DNA of 64,000 nucleotides from Owenia fusiformis (Eukaryota): NCBI GenBank assembly GCA_903813345.2, contig CAIIXF020000001.1, positions 39,556,001 to 39,620,000 of the forward strand, read 5' to 3'. Shown piece by piece: positions 10,701 to 23,200 of this stretch (position 1 is its first letter; each line of letters starts with the position of its first letter). The notes under the pieces were generated by a model. It saw only the letters and a program-made list of their open reading frames with translations, ran no database searches and was not told where the DNA came from. The position numbers and the translations under genes were made by a program.

Positions 10701-13484
10701 AATTTGCAGCAAAGCTGTGGCCTTTTGTAATTTAGGGAGTTTCAGCCATGTTATTTTTCCGAAAATAACATGGCAGAGAAGTATCATAATATAAGAGGAC
10801 ACAGATATGATAGCTAAACTACAAAAACTAAAATATACAGTCTGATCCAAAAATAAAAGACACCTGAAATTTTTAGCACAGTTTTGCTGAATTTGAATAT
10901 TAAATGTGCCAAACACTCCTCTATTGCTAGAATATATACTCCTGTAAATGATTATTAGCAGGAGTAATGTCTCCAATGCTTTATATCAGCGTATGGTGGA
11001 TAGTTTGTAAACATGTGAATCCACTTTTCAAATGGCAGCCATTGTTTTTGTAGTCTCAAACCAAAATGAAAATTGTTCAATTTGTATATCTGGTAATGTT
11101 ATTGTATCAATTGATTGATAAAGACATATAAAGTATGGTAGAATACATATTATAGTTGTGTAAGTGGTGAAATGTTATTTTAAAATGGATTGTTGCAGAA
11201 TTGTTTGAGACTATGCACAATTATTTTCAAAAATGGTGGACATTTAACATGTGGAAATCACTTCAAATTTTTAAGATCCAAATGGTCATTATGGACACAA
11301 ATTCCACTATACATGTATTTGTATTTTCCAGAACGGAGAAAATATAGTACTAATTCCCTGAGGTAAGAATTTATTATATGTGCGACAGAATGTCTTTTTG
11401 AAATCGATAGTAATTATTTATGGATCTGACTGTACAAAAGTTAGGATTAAGGTGCTATGGAAGTTAACAGGAAATGACAAAACAGGAAGTGACAATTTTT
11501 TTGCATTTTTAGACATTTTTTGAACAAAGATAACAGTTCTGTTTTGACCTCCAGTCAATTTAACTAGTTCCAAGTACCATTTACAGGTCCAGGATCACAA
11601 TGTTTATGGTCAGAATGACCCTAAACATGATGAAATAACCTTTTCAGCCCTATGAAAATGTGACTGAAAAATAGCTAAAAGTAGGAGGTAGGAAAGGTCA
11701 CTGATCAGAATCTTTTGAATTTTTGAGAAAATGTGCCCAATATATTGCTCTAAATGATACAATCTTTGAAAATTTGATATCATTCATAGAAAAAAAAATG
11801 AAAAAAATGATTTGAAAAGCGATCTATTTTCCTTTTTATGACCGCCGTTTTTGTTTAAGACAATTTTCTAAAATTTCAAAGATTGTATCAGTTAGAGCAT
11901 TATATTGGGCACATTTTCTGAAAAATTCAAAAGATTCTGTTCAGTGACCTTCCCTAGCTCCTACTTTTAGCCTTTTTTCAGTCACACTTTCAAATAGTTC
12001 AACAAGTTAAACCCAATACCACGGCTTTCATTTATTAATCTGAATGTTCTTGTAGCCGTGATTGGGTTTAACTTCCGTGCTATGCTTACATTTGTTGCAA
12101 ATTCTCACTATCAGTTATTTAAACGCGCATGGAACTCCATGCGCTGCCATAGACCATCATTAAACTTTTTTGCATTTAGGGGCAAATAGGCACGGACGTT
12201 AAACCTAGGGCGGGCCACAAGATATGTCAGATAAGAAATAAGGCCCAGACTAGGTTTAACTTGTTGAACTAACTTTCAAAGGGCTAAAAATTTTACTGTA
12301 GTACGGTTCTAAAAATACGGAAATCAGTAGTGTTTGAAGTGTAAACTGAAAATAGTTGTTCTTTCGGAAAGGTCACTGAACAAGTATAATTTTCTCAGTG
12401 AATGTGCAAGGATATAATATATATATATATATTGGACACATATTCTGAAAAAATCAAAAGATTCTGTTCATTGACCTTTCCTGAGCACCTACTTTTAGCT
12501 ATTTTTCAGTCACATTTTCAGAGGGCTAAAAAGGTTATTTTATCATGTTTATGGTCATTCTGACCCTTTCAATTGTGTTCCTGGTCATGTAAATGATATT
12601 TGGAACTAGTTAAACTGACTGGAGGTCCAAACAGAACTCTGTTATCTTGGTTCAGAAAATTTTCAAAATCCAGCATGGCTTTGTCATTTTTTGTTTTGTC
12701 ATTTCCTGTTAACTTCCATGAGACCTTAAACCTTTCCCAGACCTATATATTTTGAAATTATCCCATAAATTAGCTCCATAAACGTACCTCCGCACCCAAT
12801 ATTTAGAGGGGGCTCATATCTGAAGAACATTTCCGAATTTTTATAAAATCACACAGATACTGCCTGGCTTCCAAGATGCAAAAATAATTTGCATGGGTAG
12901 TGTATCTTGAACACCATTTTTTATGAATGCTGGGGACGCAGTATTAAAAGGATAGTATCAAAATATATAGGTTTGGGAAATGTTTAAGTCATACTGCGTC
13001 GCTATAAAATGAATTGCACTACTATTTTCACAATTTTATTGATATTTGGTGTCAAATACACATATCTTGGTATATTTGAAGTCCCAAAACGGCTTAGTTT
13101 CAGAAATATCCCAATTTTAAATTCAAAAATGACCGTTAGCTCCGCACCCTCCGCTCATTTGCGCCGCACCCAATATTTCCCAGAGGCTCTGTCTGCATAG
13201 GGTGGGTTATAAAAAGAAAAACCGATGGCTTTTTGAATAAGTATGTTCAATTTTATTTTATTTTTGGGAATGAATTCGAATTTTCAAAACCATGTCCATT
13301 GTGATCACTAGTGCCCTCTTTATGCAATTGTAGACCGTATATGAAACGTTATTAATTCCTGAAATACGAGGTACGAGTTTTTTAAAATATAAAAGCCACA
13401 ATGGTGAGTTCAAATAGTTACAAAGGAAAAAAACTTACTTTGTCCACCCACGGAAAACAACAAAATAGCAAACAGGACCCTCAT
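1732..13484 (-). CDS. Uncharacterised secreted mucin-like/helical two-module protein, copy A (753 aa). Exons: 13439-13484, 8181-8249, 5568-6116, 5201-5413, 4933-4993, 3775-4001, 3312-3674, 2893-3096, 2574-2640, 2158-2357, 1732-1994
   Basis: All 10 introns are GT..AG with matching phases, and the CDS totals 2262 nt with no internal stop. It starts MRVLFAILLFSVGGQS (signal-peptide-like) and ends RHSSRK*. Exon lengths are conserved in copy B, while non-repeat indels fall in introns. AATAAA lies on the minus strand near 1502-1507. Confidence 0.85.
4086..4450. mobile_element. MITE, head-to-head dimer form (copy A)
   Basis: Ends gacccggtgtaaa..tttacaccgggtc, flanked by tag on both sides. The two arms are inverted about ttacaccggtgtgaa (~4270-4285). 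Confidence 0.8.
5767..5991 (-). repeat. Coding 24-bp VNTR (LPAEPTTQ x9), copy A
   Basis: Seen directly in the DNA and in the ORF translation. Confidence 0.95.
6596..7456. mobile_element. TTAA-flanked non-autonomous foldback element (Kolobok-like termini); longer version at 22037-23292
   Basis: ttaa|ggtaacg..cggttacc|ttaa with long imperfect inverted arms. Confidence 0.75.
7632..8028. mobile_element. Palindromic MITE (left end missing in copy B, ~23315-23644)
   Basis: agctggaaa..aaaaaatgctatacctgcacat is inverted at atgtgcaggtatagcattttt..tttccagct. Confidence 0.75.
8316..10571. mobile_element. 2.26-kb non-autonomous TIR element present only in copy A
   Basis: Imperfect TIRs aaggggacatgccattaagagg / cccttaatgacacccgtcctt|ttaa. 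Absent at the orthologous site ~23932-23935. No long ORF. Confidence 0.7.
11995..12271. mobile_element. Innermost MITE with 9-bp TSD (also 25350-25629)
   Basis: Perfect 19-bp TIR tagttcaacaagttaaacc, with actttcaaa duplicated on both sides. A 9-bp TSD is typical of Mutator-like elements. Confidence 0.88.
12730..12983. mobile_element. TTAA-flanked MITE, only in copy A
   Basis: ttaa|acctttcccagacctatatattttga..tcaaaatatataggtttgggaaatgt|ttaa. Confidence 0.75.
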
Positions 13485-13504
13485 ACTAACGCTCAGCTCG
13501 ATCA

Positions 13505-13645
13505 ACAGCACGTGTAATGAGTTACAAGTATGACGTGGTCTATTATTTATATTGATTGGTTTTGCTAGGCACCTGAGTGTTTGCATCTGATTGGCTGCAT
13601 TTTCTCTTCTTACGGTTGATTGGACAGATCAAAATAATTGGTACA
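13505..13645 (-). promoter_or_regulatory. Core promoter of copy A: TATA box, Inr-like site and four CCAAT boxes
   Basis: On the minus strand: TATAAATA at 13544-13551, TCATT about 30 nt downstream (~13520), and CCAAT at 13555, 13590, 13619 and 13637. The ATG is at 13484. TGACGT (13531) and CACGTG (13509) are also present. Confidence 0.65.
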
Positions 13646-14878
13646 ATGCAAATGGTATGCTATTCGTTTTAATCGACGCACTGCGACCTGTAATTTTTGA
13701 ACATTTTCATTTGAGCATAGTTTTAATTTGACTTTCAAAATGTTATGACAACTTTTCTAATTCATTTGACGAATGTAAACAAAAGAGATTGGGACCCTAA
13801 ATGTTTCTTTTATCGACAGAGATATTTCTGGTGTCTAGAGAAAGTACAATCAATTCCCTTGAGTGTGTGCTATACAATATCACCATCCAAACTTGATGCG
13901 AAACATAATCTCCACTTCCATAGGATAAGGTCACAATTTTTCATAGAATGGTCTGTTTTACTCAGTATTTAATCTTAATTAGGTAGCAACACAATATAAT
14001 GAACTGTTGTTTATTTAAAAAAATATACTGTTGTATCAAAAGGAAAGTACATTCCTTTTCTATTGTTTTTAAAGAATGGACATTTGGCAAGCTACAAAAA
14101 ACAAGTGTGGCACAAATGACGATTGACAGTTTTTGATAGTTTCCATCCCCTAAAAACAATATATAAATGTACAATACGTACCATTCTCTTGTTAGTATGC
14201 ACTCTTTAGAATAAAACAATTCATCAATTTTTGTTGCTATCTTCATTATTGATTAAGCTTACTTACAAATATTGTGCTATATTCAAATTCATACCTCCAG
14301 TATAGTCAATACAAAAGAATTAAAATTCAACACGTTTGAAATTAGAGTTGAATTATTTTATTTCCGGTTGATATAACGTCTTAGCGTTAGTGAAAAAAAG
14401 TAAAAAAAGTCAGCATCCAGATTATCATTCAAAGTTACGTTGATTAACATATATCTATTACCTGAATCAATGTCCCAAATTGCTATATTGTATCGTTTAA
14501 GACCTAGAAATATGGCAATTCAATAGCGTATTTGGCAGAACAGTCGAGCGCAAGATGACAACGTAATATGTTTATTACAAATCAATTTGTGGATAGGGTT
14601 AAATACACCCTTGGTATACACAGCTAACGAAAATTGACCGGTACGGGTCAAAAGCTGGACCGGTACGGGTGTGTCTAATTTGAAATATATGATGCCTCCC
14701 AATGCTTTTAAGTACCCCAATTTTTTACAGATTTTTAAACGGACCAAAACTCTCTAAATGCGCATTTATGCTCTTTTCTCTCGAGAACGACTGTCTCATT
14801 TTCACGATAACTTTTATTACGTACTTCTAACATATAAGATCTATTTTTCCCCATCAAGGTATGATGTAAATGACATGC

Positions 14879-15111
14879 TATTTACATCTTGTGAGTTTCA
14901 ATGACGCGCGTTTGATTTTATAAAAAATGCCAAACTTTTTGACAAAGAATTTCATCCTGCTTGCAGCGAGAAGACGGACGGTTCGGGGCAATTTGCTTGC
15001 AGCGAGAAGACTGATCGGTTCGGGGCAATAGCTGATGAAATTCTTTGTCACAAAGTTTGGCATTTTTTATAAAATAAAACGCGCGTCATTGAAACTCACA
15101 AGATGTAAATA
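14879..15111. mobile_element. MITE with ~80-bp near-perfect TIRs and an internal direct repeat
   Basis: tatttacatcttgtgagtttcaatgacgcgcgttt is inverted at the right end. The core has ttgcagcgagaagac..cggttcggggcaat twice. Confidence 0.85.
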
Positions 15112-15120
15112 ACTTTGTGA

Positions 15121-15517
15121 CAAAGAAAGAAATAAGCTTTGAACCGAGAGATATTCACGATTGATATGCACATTTTTGATTGTGCCATATTAAGCATAAG
15201 GATTTCCCTATTGGTCTGGGTCGAGCCTTGTTCGAAAACACAATCCATAAATACATGCTAATTTCTAAGGAGATAGGAAGTGTATAACGTGTTTATCGAT
15301 TTTGTTTAAAGATTTAATCAATTATCAAATTGTTTAAGTGGATAAAGTGGTCACACTTGCTTCAATTCATAGCGTAATCGACGGATGGAAACTGACCGAA
15401 TTCCCAATATCCTACCCCGTATTACTGTAGGCTATAAGCACAGTGACCTACAGAGGGCGCTATCACAAACAAGTACTGCACGAACCGATAAATTCCCGGG
15501 TATTGTAACGCCCTTGG
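15121..15517 (-). mobile_element. Internally deleted, inverted copy of the element at ~37267-38233
   Basis: 15190-15517 is the reverse complement of ~37268-37593, and 15135-15188 of ~38049-38102. Confidence 0.85.
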
Positions 15518-17270
15518 TTTAACTTATGATTTTATTTTATTTAGGTATGTTTAAGGAAATTATTTGATCATTAGATTGATTTTACCAACTTGACCTTTTT
15601 GCACCCAGTGACATCATTGGGCTATCATTTGACCTAATTTTGAAATATTATTGTGAAGTACATTTATGAGGATACTCTAGATGCAAAATAAGTTAGATTC
15701 TGATGGGGGCAGAAAGGGGGTCTGTTGGGACGGTACCTTTTATATGCTGATGCATAAGGACACAGGAGCTCTGCTCGATAAGGAATAAGGAATCTTTGGC
15801 AACTCAAATACCAGTAGACGGATCTGGTTGAAATATTATATGCCGATGCCAAGAGAGAAAGAAGCTCTGGTCAAGGAGACATTTTCAAAAAGGCCAATTA
15901 ATTTCAAAATGGCCGTCATCTTTCGTAAAAAACATAATCTCCAATAATTCAAATACTTGTGGACAGATTTGGTTCAAATTTTACATGTTTATACCTAGGG
16001 ACAAGGGAGCTCGGTTCGAGAAAAGATTTTCAAGATGGCTGCTATTTATCAAATCAGGTTTTGTTTGATGGGATTTGCTACTCCGAGGAGTTTCCGTTTT
16101 CTAGTTTGAATGTTTAAAAAATGAAGGATTACGAGGCCGACACGTAACTGCTCCATTTTTCTTCAAACTTGTTCCATTCAAAACCACTTCTTGTACAAAA
16201 ATATTTTGAAAGTAAGACAGATTTGATCTGTAGTGGCCATTTGGAAAACGGATTAATAATGTTGTCAGACTTTATGCAGTATCCACTTGTGATCAACTCG
16301 ATTACGCTGGTACCGTTTCGGTAACAAAATGTCGGAACATCGAAGCTATGATTTTTCTTTTTTCCTTATATCACACCTTGTAGGCAGAATTCTCAAGACT
16401 TTAAAAACGAACGTGTATCAGCAACATATGTTTAAGAAAATGTACACATTTGCGAACAAATAGTTCAGAAGACAACAGAATCGTCGATTTAATTCCTCAC
16501 TTAAGTTACAGAAGCAGTATTTCGAAAACAGATAAGATCTGCACTTTTAACCCAAATCGTTTCTGTGACTTAAGTGAGGAATAAAATAGACGATTCTGTT
16601 GTCTTCCGAGCTATTTTTTCGCAAACATATACATTCATACATACATACGATACCGATACACGTTTGTGAGAAAAACGTCGTGCGGATTCTGACTACAACG
16701 CGTTGATATAGGGAGAAAAAAGGAAAAATCGTACCTTCGACGTTCCGACATTATTGTTACCGAAACGAAGTGAGCGTAATCAAGCGGATCACCAGTGGGA
16801 TCTCTGAATAGATGATGTTGAAGTATGTTTAAGAGCATTCAGTGTCGTCCTATATTCATAAAATATTCGATAGGATTATTGCCGCCTTGGCGATGCTTTC
16901 TTCTAGTTTAGAATCGGAGAGTTGCATCTTTTGTCCTATATAGTTATGAAGGATGTATACGGTGGAAAATGTGCGAGAGGTCACAATGCGCATTTGTCTT
17001 CATGAGAGATAACAATTAAAATACGAACATAATATTTCTTTTTATTTGAAGAATATATCAATAACATAGAAGTTATACTGTAACCATGACAACAAACATT
17101 CATATACATAACAGATTTACTTATACACGTAATAACAGTTCTTAAAAATGTCATTTTTGACACTCGATTGACCGAGGTTTCCATGCACGTCCAGCATTAG
17201 AATGGGTTATAACAATTGGATAATTAATATTGGTCAATTCTAAATGACCATTCAGTCAAAATTTGAAACA

Positions 17271-20200
17271 CTATTTCCTCGATGAGTGTCTCAACAAGCG
17301 AGCAAGTAGCTCTGAAGAAGGACCGTTCAATAGTTCCTCAAGTTCTGAATCAAGTCCATTATTCTGTGAAGCTTTACCACCGGAAGGCAAAATTGCCTTA
17401 ACCAGGTCGTTCAGTTTGGCAGTTAGACGTCCGTCCAATGGGCTCGCAAGGTTCTGGTTGATGTAGTTTTGTAGATCGTTGAAGAAATACGAATAGAGTT
17501 CAGTGGGCAACAACGCCGAAAGCAAATTATTATCTGAAAATAGGACAATTAATAAATGCATTACCAGAGAGATGAATTTACACAGAAAGCACGAATATTA
17601 TTATGTCCGAGCTATTACCATGGAAAATGGCAGAATACCAGTGAAAAGTATTTAGCAGGAAAGGACCTTGCTCTACGTAAACCGTTTTGTTTGTACCTGC
17701 ATTGGCCGAGACATATGAAGCGAATGCATCCAATGATTGTAAAGCTTGCATGAGTTTCAAGTAGCTAAGGTTTATGGTTTCCAGAAAAGTCACCAAGTGG
17801 GGCCTGTACGATTCCACGATTTCCTCGCTCATCAGCTTTGACACTAAGACGGCCTTGATATCCGCAACAAACTTATCCACCCGATCACCAGGCATCCTTA
17901 TAAATTAATTATAAACAGAATTATGCATTGTTAATTTTATTCCACATCAAAACAAATTACGTCATGTTCAGCATTCTCTAAGACTTTTTCAGTCTGTTTT
18001 GATAGCCGCATTACGTGTTGCTAATGAATGTAAGTGAAATGAGAAGCGATATCGATCAACGAGGCGACTACACACTTTTAATACATATAGTACTTCATGA
18101 TGCCAAGCCTACCTGAGTGTATTAGACATTGCTTGCTTGACTGCTGGGAGAACCTCCTCCAAAGGTAAACAATCTTGCTCTGAAAAGTTTTTAAACAATT
18201 TATTGGAAAGAAATTCATCGTCGCATGTTTTAACCGCCAATGGAGTAATGCAGCACACTAAAGAGCAGCACTATTATATAAGGAACTAGGAGCATATGTT
18301 TTGATATCTTCCCGATTTCGTGTCTAAATATGTATTTCATCTCAAGGGGTCAAAAACGTAAATATTTACATTCGAATTATCTGCATTTTCTAAGACACAG
18401 ACCGTGAATCTAAGCGTATACAGATACTTACGGATTTGTTCAACTTTTTTAATAAAAGCATCCTCATTCACCAAAAGATCTTCCTGAATACCATTGACAA
18501 TTTCGACGTCCAGGTCAATGATTTGTTTAGCAGTCAGATCCTCTAGGCTATTTAGAGCCTCATTGCCCAGAAGTGCAGCCTTCGACCAATTTGCAGCTTT
18601 CTGGATTGTGCTCTCACTAACATAACGTACAATCTCTACAAAAATATGTTTATGCTTATCTTGATTTGAATTTATCTGATTTTGTTGTTGCTTTGACTAT
18701 TCTGCTTGGACTAAGGGAAAAGAAAATGCATAAACCAAAGAAAAGTATAGGTCAAGATGTCTGACGCATATGCATTTGTACTACAACGGTATAATTCCAT
18801 ATCATATGATACGTTCTTCTTGAAAAATATTAGACCATTGAAGCAAAACCCTTGGACACTTACTTGACACGAGCCTTGGAAACATGTCTGAATTGTCTGG
18901 ACATAAAGAGGCTTGCGTAGTAGTCTTAGGACGTGGCGTTACAGGTACCGTAGTCTGGCCTTCTTCGGTGGTGGTCGACTCTGTAGAGAACAGCAAGGCC
19001 TGGGTGGTGGACGGGGTAGTCTCATCTGGTCCCAAAATGACGGTAGTGGTCTCAACAGTGGTTGTGGAAGGAGGTGGTGGCATGGTAACTGTGGTAACCT
19101 CCGTCTCTGGTGTTGTAGGAGGAACAGGGGGATAAAAGAATAATTTCAACAGATCCAGATGTTGCCCAATCTCCTCTCCAAGACGTGTCAGCAGAACATA
19201 TTCCATTTTGCCGATGATGGCTGGATCTATAAAACATACATATTTTATGATGTATCAATTACCATTATATCTGTCAAAATAATATACCATACACAATAAT
19301 TTACACACTAGCTCATAATAACGTACCTTTTACTTTTAATACATAGTCCAGCAGTTTTTGGTAACCATTCTCCGAATCCAATTTGGCAAGTTGGTCGAGG
19401 CGTCTATTTACTAACTTGAAATATTCTGGCGATAGAAGAACTAGTTCCTCAATCAGTCCTTCAATTACTGCAGCGATCTCCTCATCTTCGATACCATTGG
19501 TGAAACCTTTACTCATAATTTTGTACAATTCGTTGAACTCGTCCTCTTTAATCCTAACAATATATAGTAAACACAATGTGTATTAGAAATATTCTCGAAT
19601 TACTTTTATATTGGATATATAGAATTGCAAGGGTTAGGACCCGGTGTAAAAGGGTAGGAGGTCCTATCAAATTATGGTCCTACTTTCTATTTATTTATAT
19701 GGTGACCTAAATACAACTCTTTCCCTCATTATCGTATCCACAATCAGGGCCAGCAAGGGCCTTTTTGAAAGGGGACCATAATCCCCAGGGCACCATAATC
19801 CCCAGGGGACCATAATTTCTTTTACACCGGGTCTAGTTTCTCCCGAAGCCCTTTCAAGACATAGCAGATATGTACTTTTTAAAAACGTCCTTATCCGATA
19901 TCATTAGATAAGGCGTTCCAAGTTTTTCAAATGTGATTTATTTTTTACCCTAAACGTATATTTAATCGGCACGAATAAAAGCCTGGTAATATATTGATGA
20001 TATTGAAGTAAATCTATCCTTTCTACAAGATGCGAAATAGGTTTTAAGTTTACCTGGTAGATATTCAATAAACGATAACCATCAAACCACTGTTTCACAG
20101 CTGGATGATTAACTGCAGTCAGTATCATTCAAGATGGTGGTCAAATTTTTTTCGTTTTTGATAAACCAATGGCAATGATTTCAGCTAACTTTGCAACTAA

Positions 20201-23200
20201 GTTTAGTTGCAATTAGAGTCATCCAGCTGAACAGTGCCAACGAAAACAACAGAACCACTATAGCTTTTCTGTTGTAATTTGGTGCAAAAAATTGAATAAT
20301 AGAAAATGTACTCACTTAAGTGTTGGCACTATACTCGAGATGAAATTCAACTCCTCACTTACACTTATACAACCATCTGTAACACATTTAAAATTAAACA
20401 GAAGATCTGGATATACAAAGGGGAATTAATAAATCAAAGACCACGTGTACCCATTAGTATCTAGACTATTCAAGGCGGACTTAGCAAAGCGAATGGACTT
20501 TTTGTGTGTGATAAATTAAAATCCAATGGGTTTCGCACAAAGCTCATCTTGAAATGTTAACCAAAGCAAAATAGATAACTAACCATAGTTAATGGTTTCT
20601 TTTTGTATGGTCCACTCTTCTGCTATCTTTTTCAGTGTTTCTCCCTGTATGATACCAGCTAAATTTTTGGCAGCTCTGAGGAGTAATACTTCGGGGACTC
20701 GACCTTCTGGTGTTTGATGAGCATTTCTCAATATTGAAAAGATTGTGTTGGTCAAGATGAAAGAATCTTCGCTATAAGCCCAGTATTGGAATAACTCTGA
20801 AAATACGTGAAAATAGGTGAAATGCACTGGAGTACGTTCAGTAAAGGTTGTACATCAAAATGAGACTTTATACATTCATATATGTGCATACCATATAAGA
20901 CTTTAAGAACAAACTGGAAGAGCACGACAAATCCACTACTTGGTACTTACTTTGAATAACCTCGTCCAGCATGACAGATTGACAAGCTGTGGGTAAAGGT
21001 TGTAGTTGATTCAAAGATTGAGGAGCCACATCTAAACACACGTTGATTCGTTGAGGACTTGCAGAAATATTGGACTGAAAGAACAAGTTGTTGTCTATGT
21101 ATGGACTTAGCAGATTAGCAGCATAAGATAGCTTCTTTAACTTTATTTTGGCAGGCAACTGAGCAGTCGGTTCGGCAGGCAACTGAGTAGTCGGTTCAGC
21201 AGGCAACTGAGTAGTCGGTTCAGCAGGCAACTGAGTAGTCGGTTCAGCAGGCAACTGAGTAGTCGGTTCAGCAGGCAACTGAGTAGTCGGTTCAGCAGAC
21301 AATTGAGTAGTCGGTTCAGCAGGCAATTGAGTAGTCGGTTCAGCAGGCAATTGAGTAGTCGGCTCAGCAGGCAATTGAGTAGTCGGCTCAGCAGGCAATT
21401 GAGTAGTCGGCTCAGCAGGCAATCGAGAAGTTGCTTCAGTAACAAGGGGAGTGGTTGGTTCGGTAGCCAATTGAGTTGTGGGTTTCTTTCCAAAAAAACT
21501 ATCTATGACGTTTCCGACTACTTTGATGGGTTTGAGGAAACGTCTCTCTGAAAATCAAAATAAGAATAAGTTTATTAAGTAACCCGAGTGCATTTAATCT
21601 GAAACGATATCACATTGACGCGAAGGTCAAAATACAAAATATTATTGGGGGCACTTTGATATATGGCATTTCAGCAATTTATGAATCTAAAACATAGATT
21701 CAAATTATTATTTTTGAGCCCCAAAAATATGAAATATCATGGTTATATACGATTGATGATCCATACCCTTATTCCAATATACTTTAAACCGTTACTGTTT
21801 GCTTCAACTTCAACGAATTTATTGATTCGAATACAATTTTCATTAAGGGGGGGGGGGTCTACGTATATTTATATTTTGTCTTAGAGGGAATTATGATTTA
21901 TGGGTATGGCAAAAATATACTATAACCTCAAATCATTGAACTATGTTATTGGCTCAATTTGAATCTATGTTGTCATTCAGGAAATGCTAAAACGGACCCA
22001 TAAAACACCATCATTATTAGATATACATCAGATTAAGGTAACGCTTAAGTTAATCAAATGGACAAAAACATGGCAGCCATATTTTTTTGATAAAGTCACA
22101 GGATTTCGTGTATCTGTTTTCCTTGTAGGTGAATGCACTGACTGACTAAAGAGACATGTCAAAGAAAACACCACATTTAAAAGCAATTTTTATAACTATG
22201 AATTGGAGGTGCAAGGGTCCCTAAAGCTAGCATGGAGACAGTGAAGTGAGGATAACGTTTAAAAATTTCAAGGAGTAGGATTGCAATGGAGACACATTTT
22301 TTATAACTATGAATTGGAGGTGCATCGATCCCTAAAGCTAGCCTGGAGACCGTGAAGCGAGGATAACTTTTCAAAATTTCAAGGAGTAGGATTGCAATGG
22401 AGACGCATTTGTAAGACTCCAAAATTTCCACAAATCATCTTACCTGACCAAGGAATATTGAAGGAGCATGAAAATGTGTGCTTCTTGCATTGTAAGGGTA
22501 TAATAAAACTTTTTTTTTTTGAATTCTAAATATTTCATGTCCACCATTTTGTTTGCTGGGACTATTTTCTAATCCTCACTCATGTATCCATGGTTTATCA
22601 TTTATAAAGCCTCTATCATGTATCTATCATGATGATTATACTGTTATAGATAAAATATACTTGTGATAATCCATGCCACTTGGTGAAGTCACAAAACTTG
22701 TATGAGGATTAATCAGGAAGTCTAGAAGTAGTTCCAGCAAACAAAATGGCGGACATGAAATATTTATAAGAAACTATGGTTTGAGCTTATCGTACTCTAA
22801 CAAAGCAAGAAGTGCACATTTTCATGCTCCTTTGATGTTCCTTTGTAAGGTAAGATGATTTGTGGAAATGTTGGATTCTTGCAAATGTGTGACCGTTACA
22901 ATGCTACTCCTTGAAACATTCAAAAATTAGACTCTCGTCACACTCTTCATGCTAGCTTTGGGGATCCATGCACCTCTAATTCATAGTTTTGAAAAATGCA
23001 TTTAAATGTGATGTTTTCTTTGACGTGTCCGTTTAGTCAGGAAATGCATGCACATACAAGAAAAACATTTTGAGGTTGAGATATACCCATAATACCCACA
23101 ACAATTTTTGTCAGGGGTGAAGTGGGATAAAGATCAAAACTGGCAACATTGTTTCCAGAAATTTATATCAGACCAAGTGGATTCTTGATTGGGGTGGTAC

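Noticed and set aside
10635..10976. 113-aa hydrophobic ORF conserved in both copies (23997-24338)
   Set aside because: Lies inside a TIR element, starts at a non-ATG codon and has AT-driven composition. Its conservation reflects only the recent duplication.
13962..14246. ORF with a signal-like stretch KLSIVICATLVFCSL
   Set aside because: Upstream of the promoter, truncated by an indel in copy B, and has no convincing splice link.
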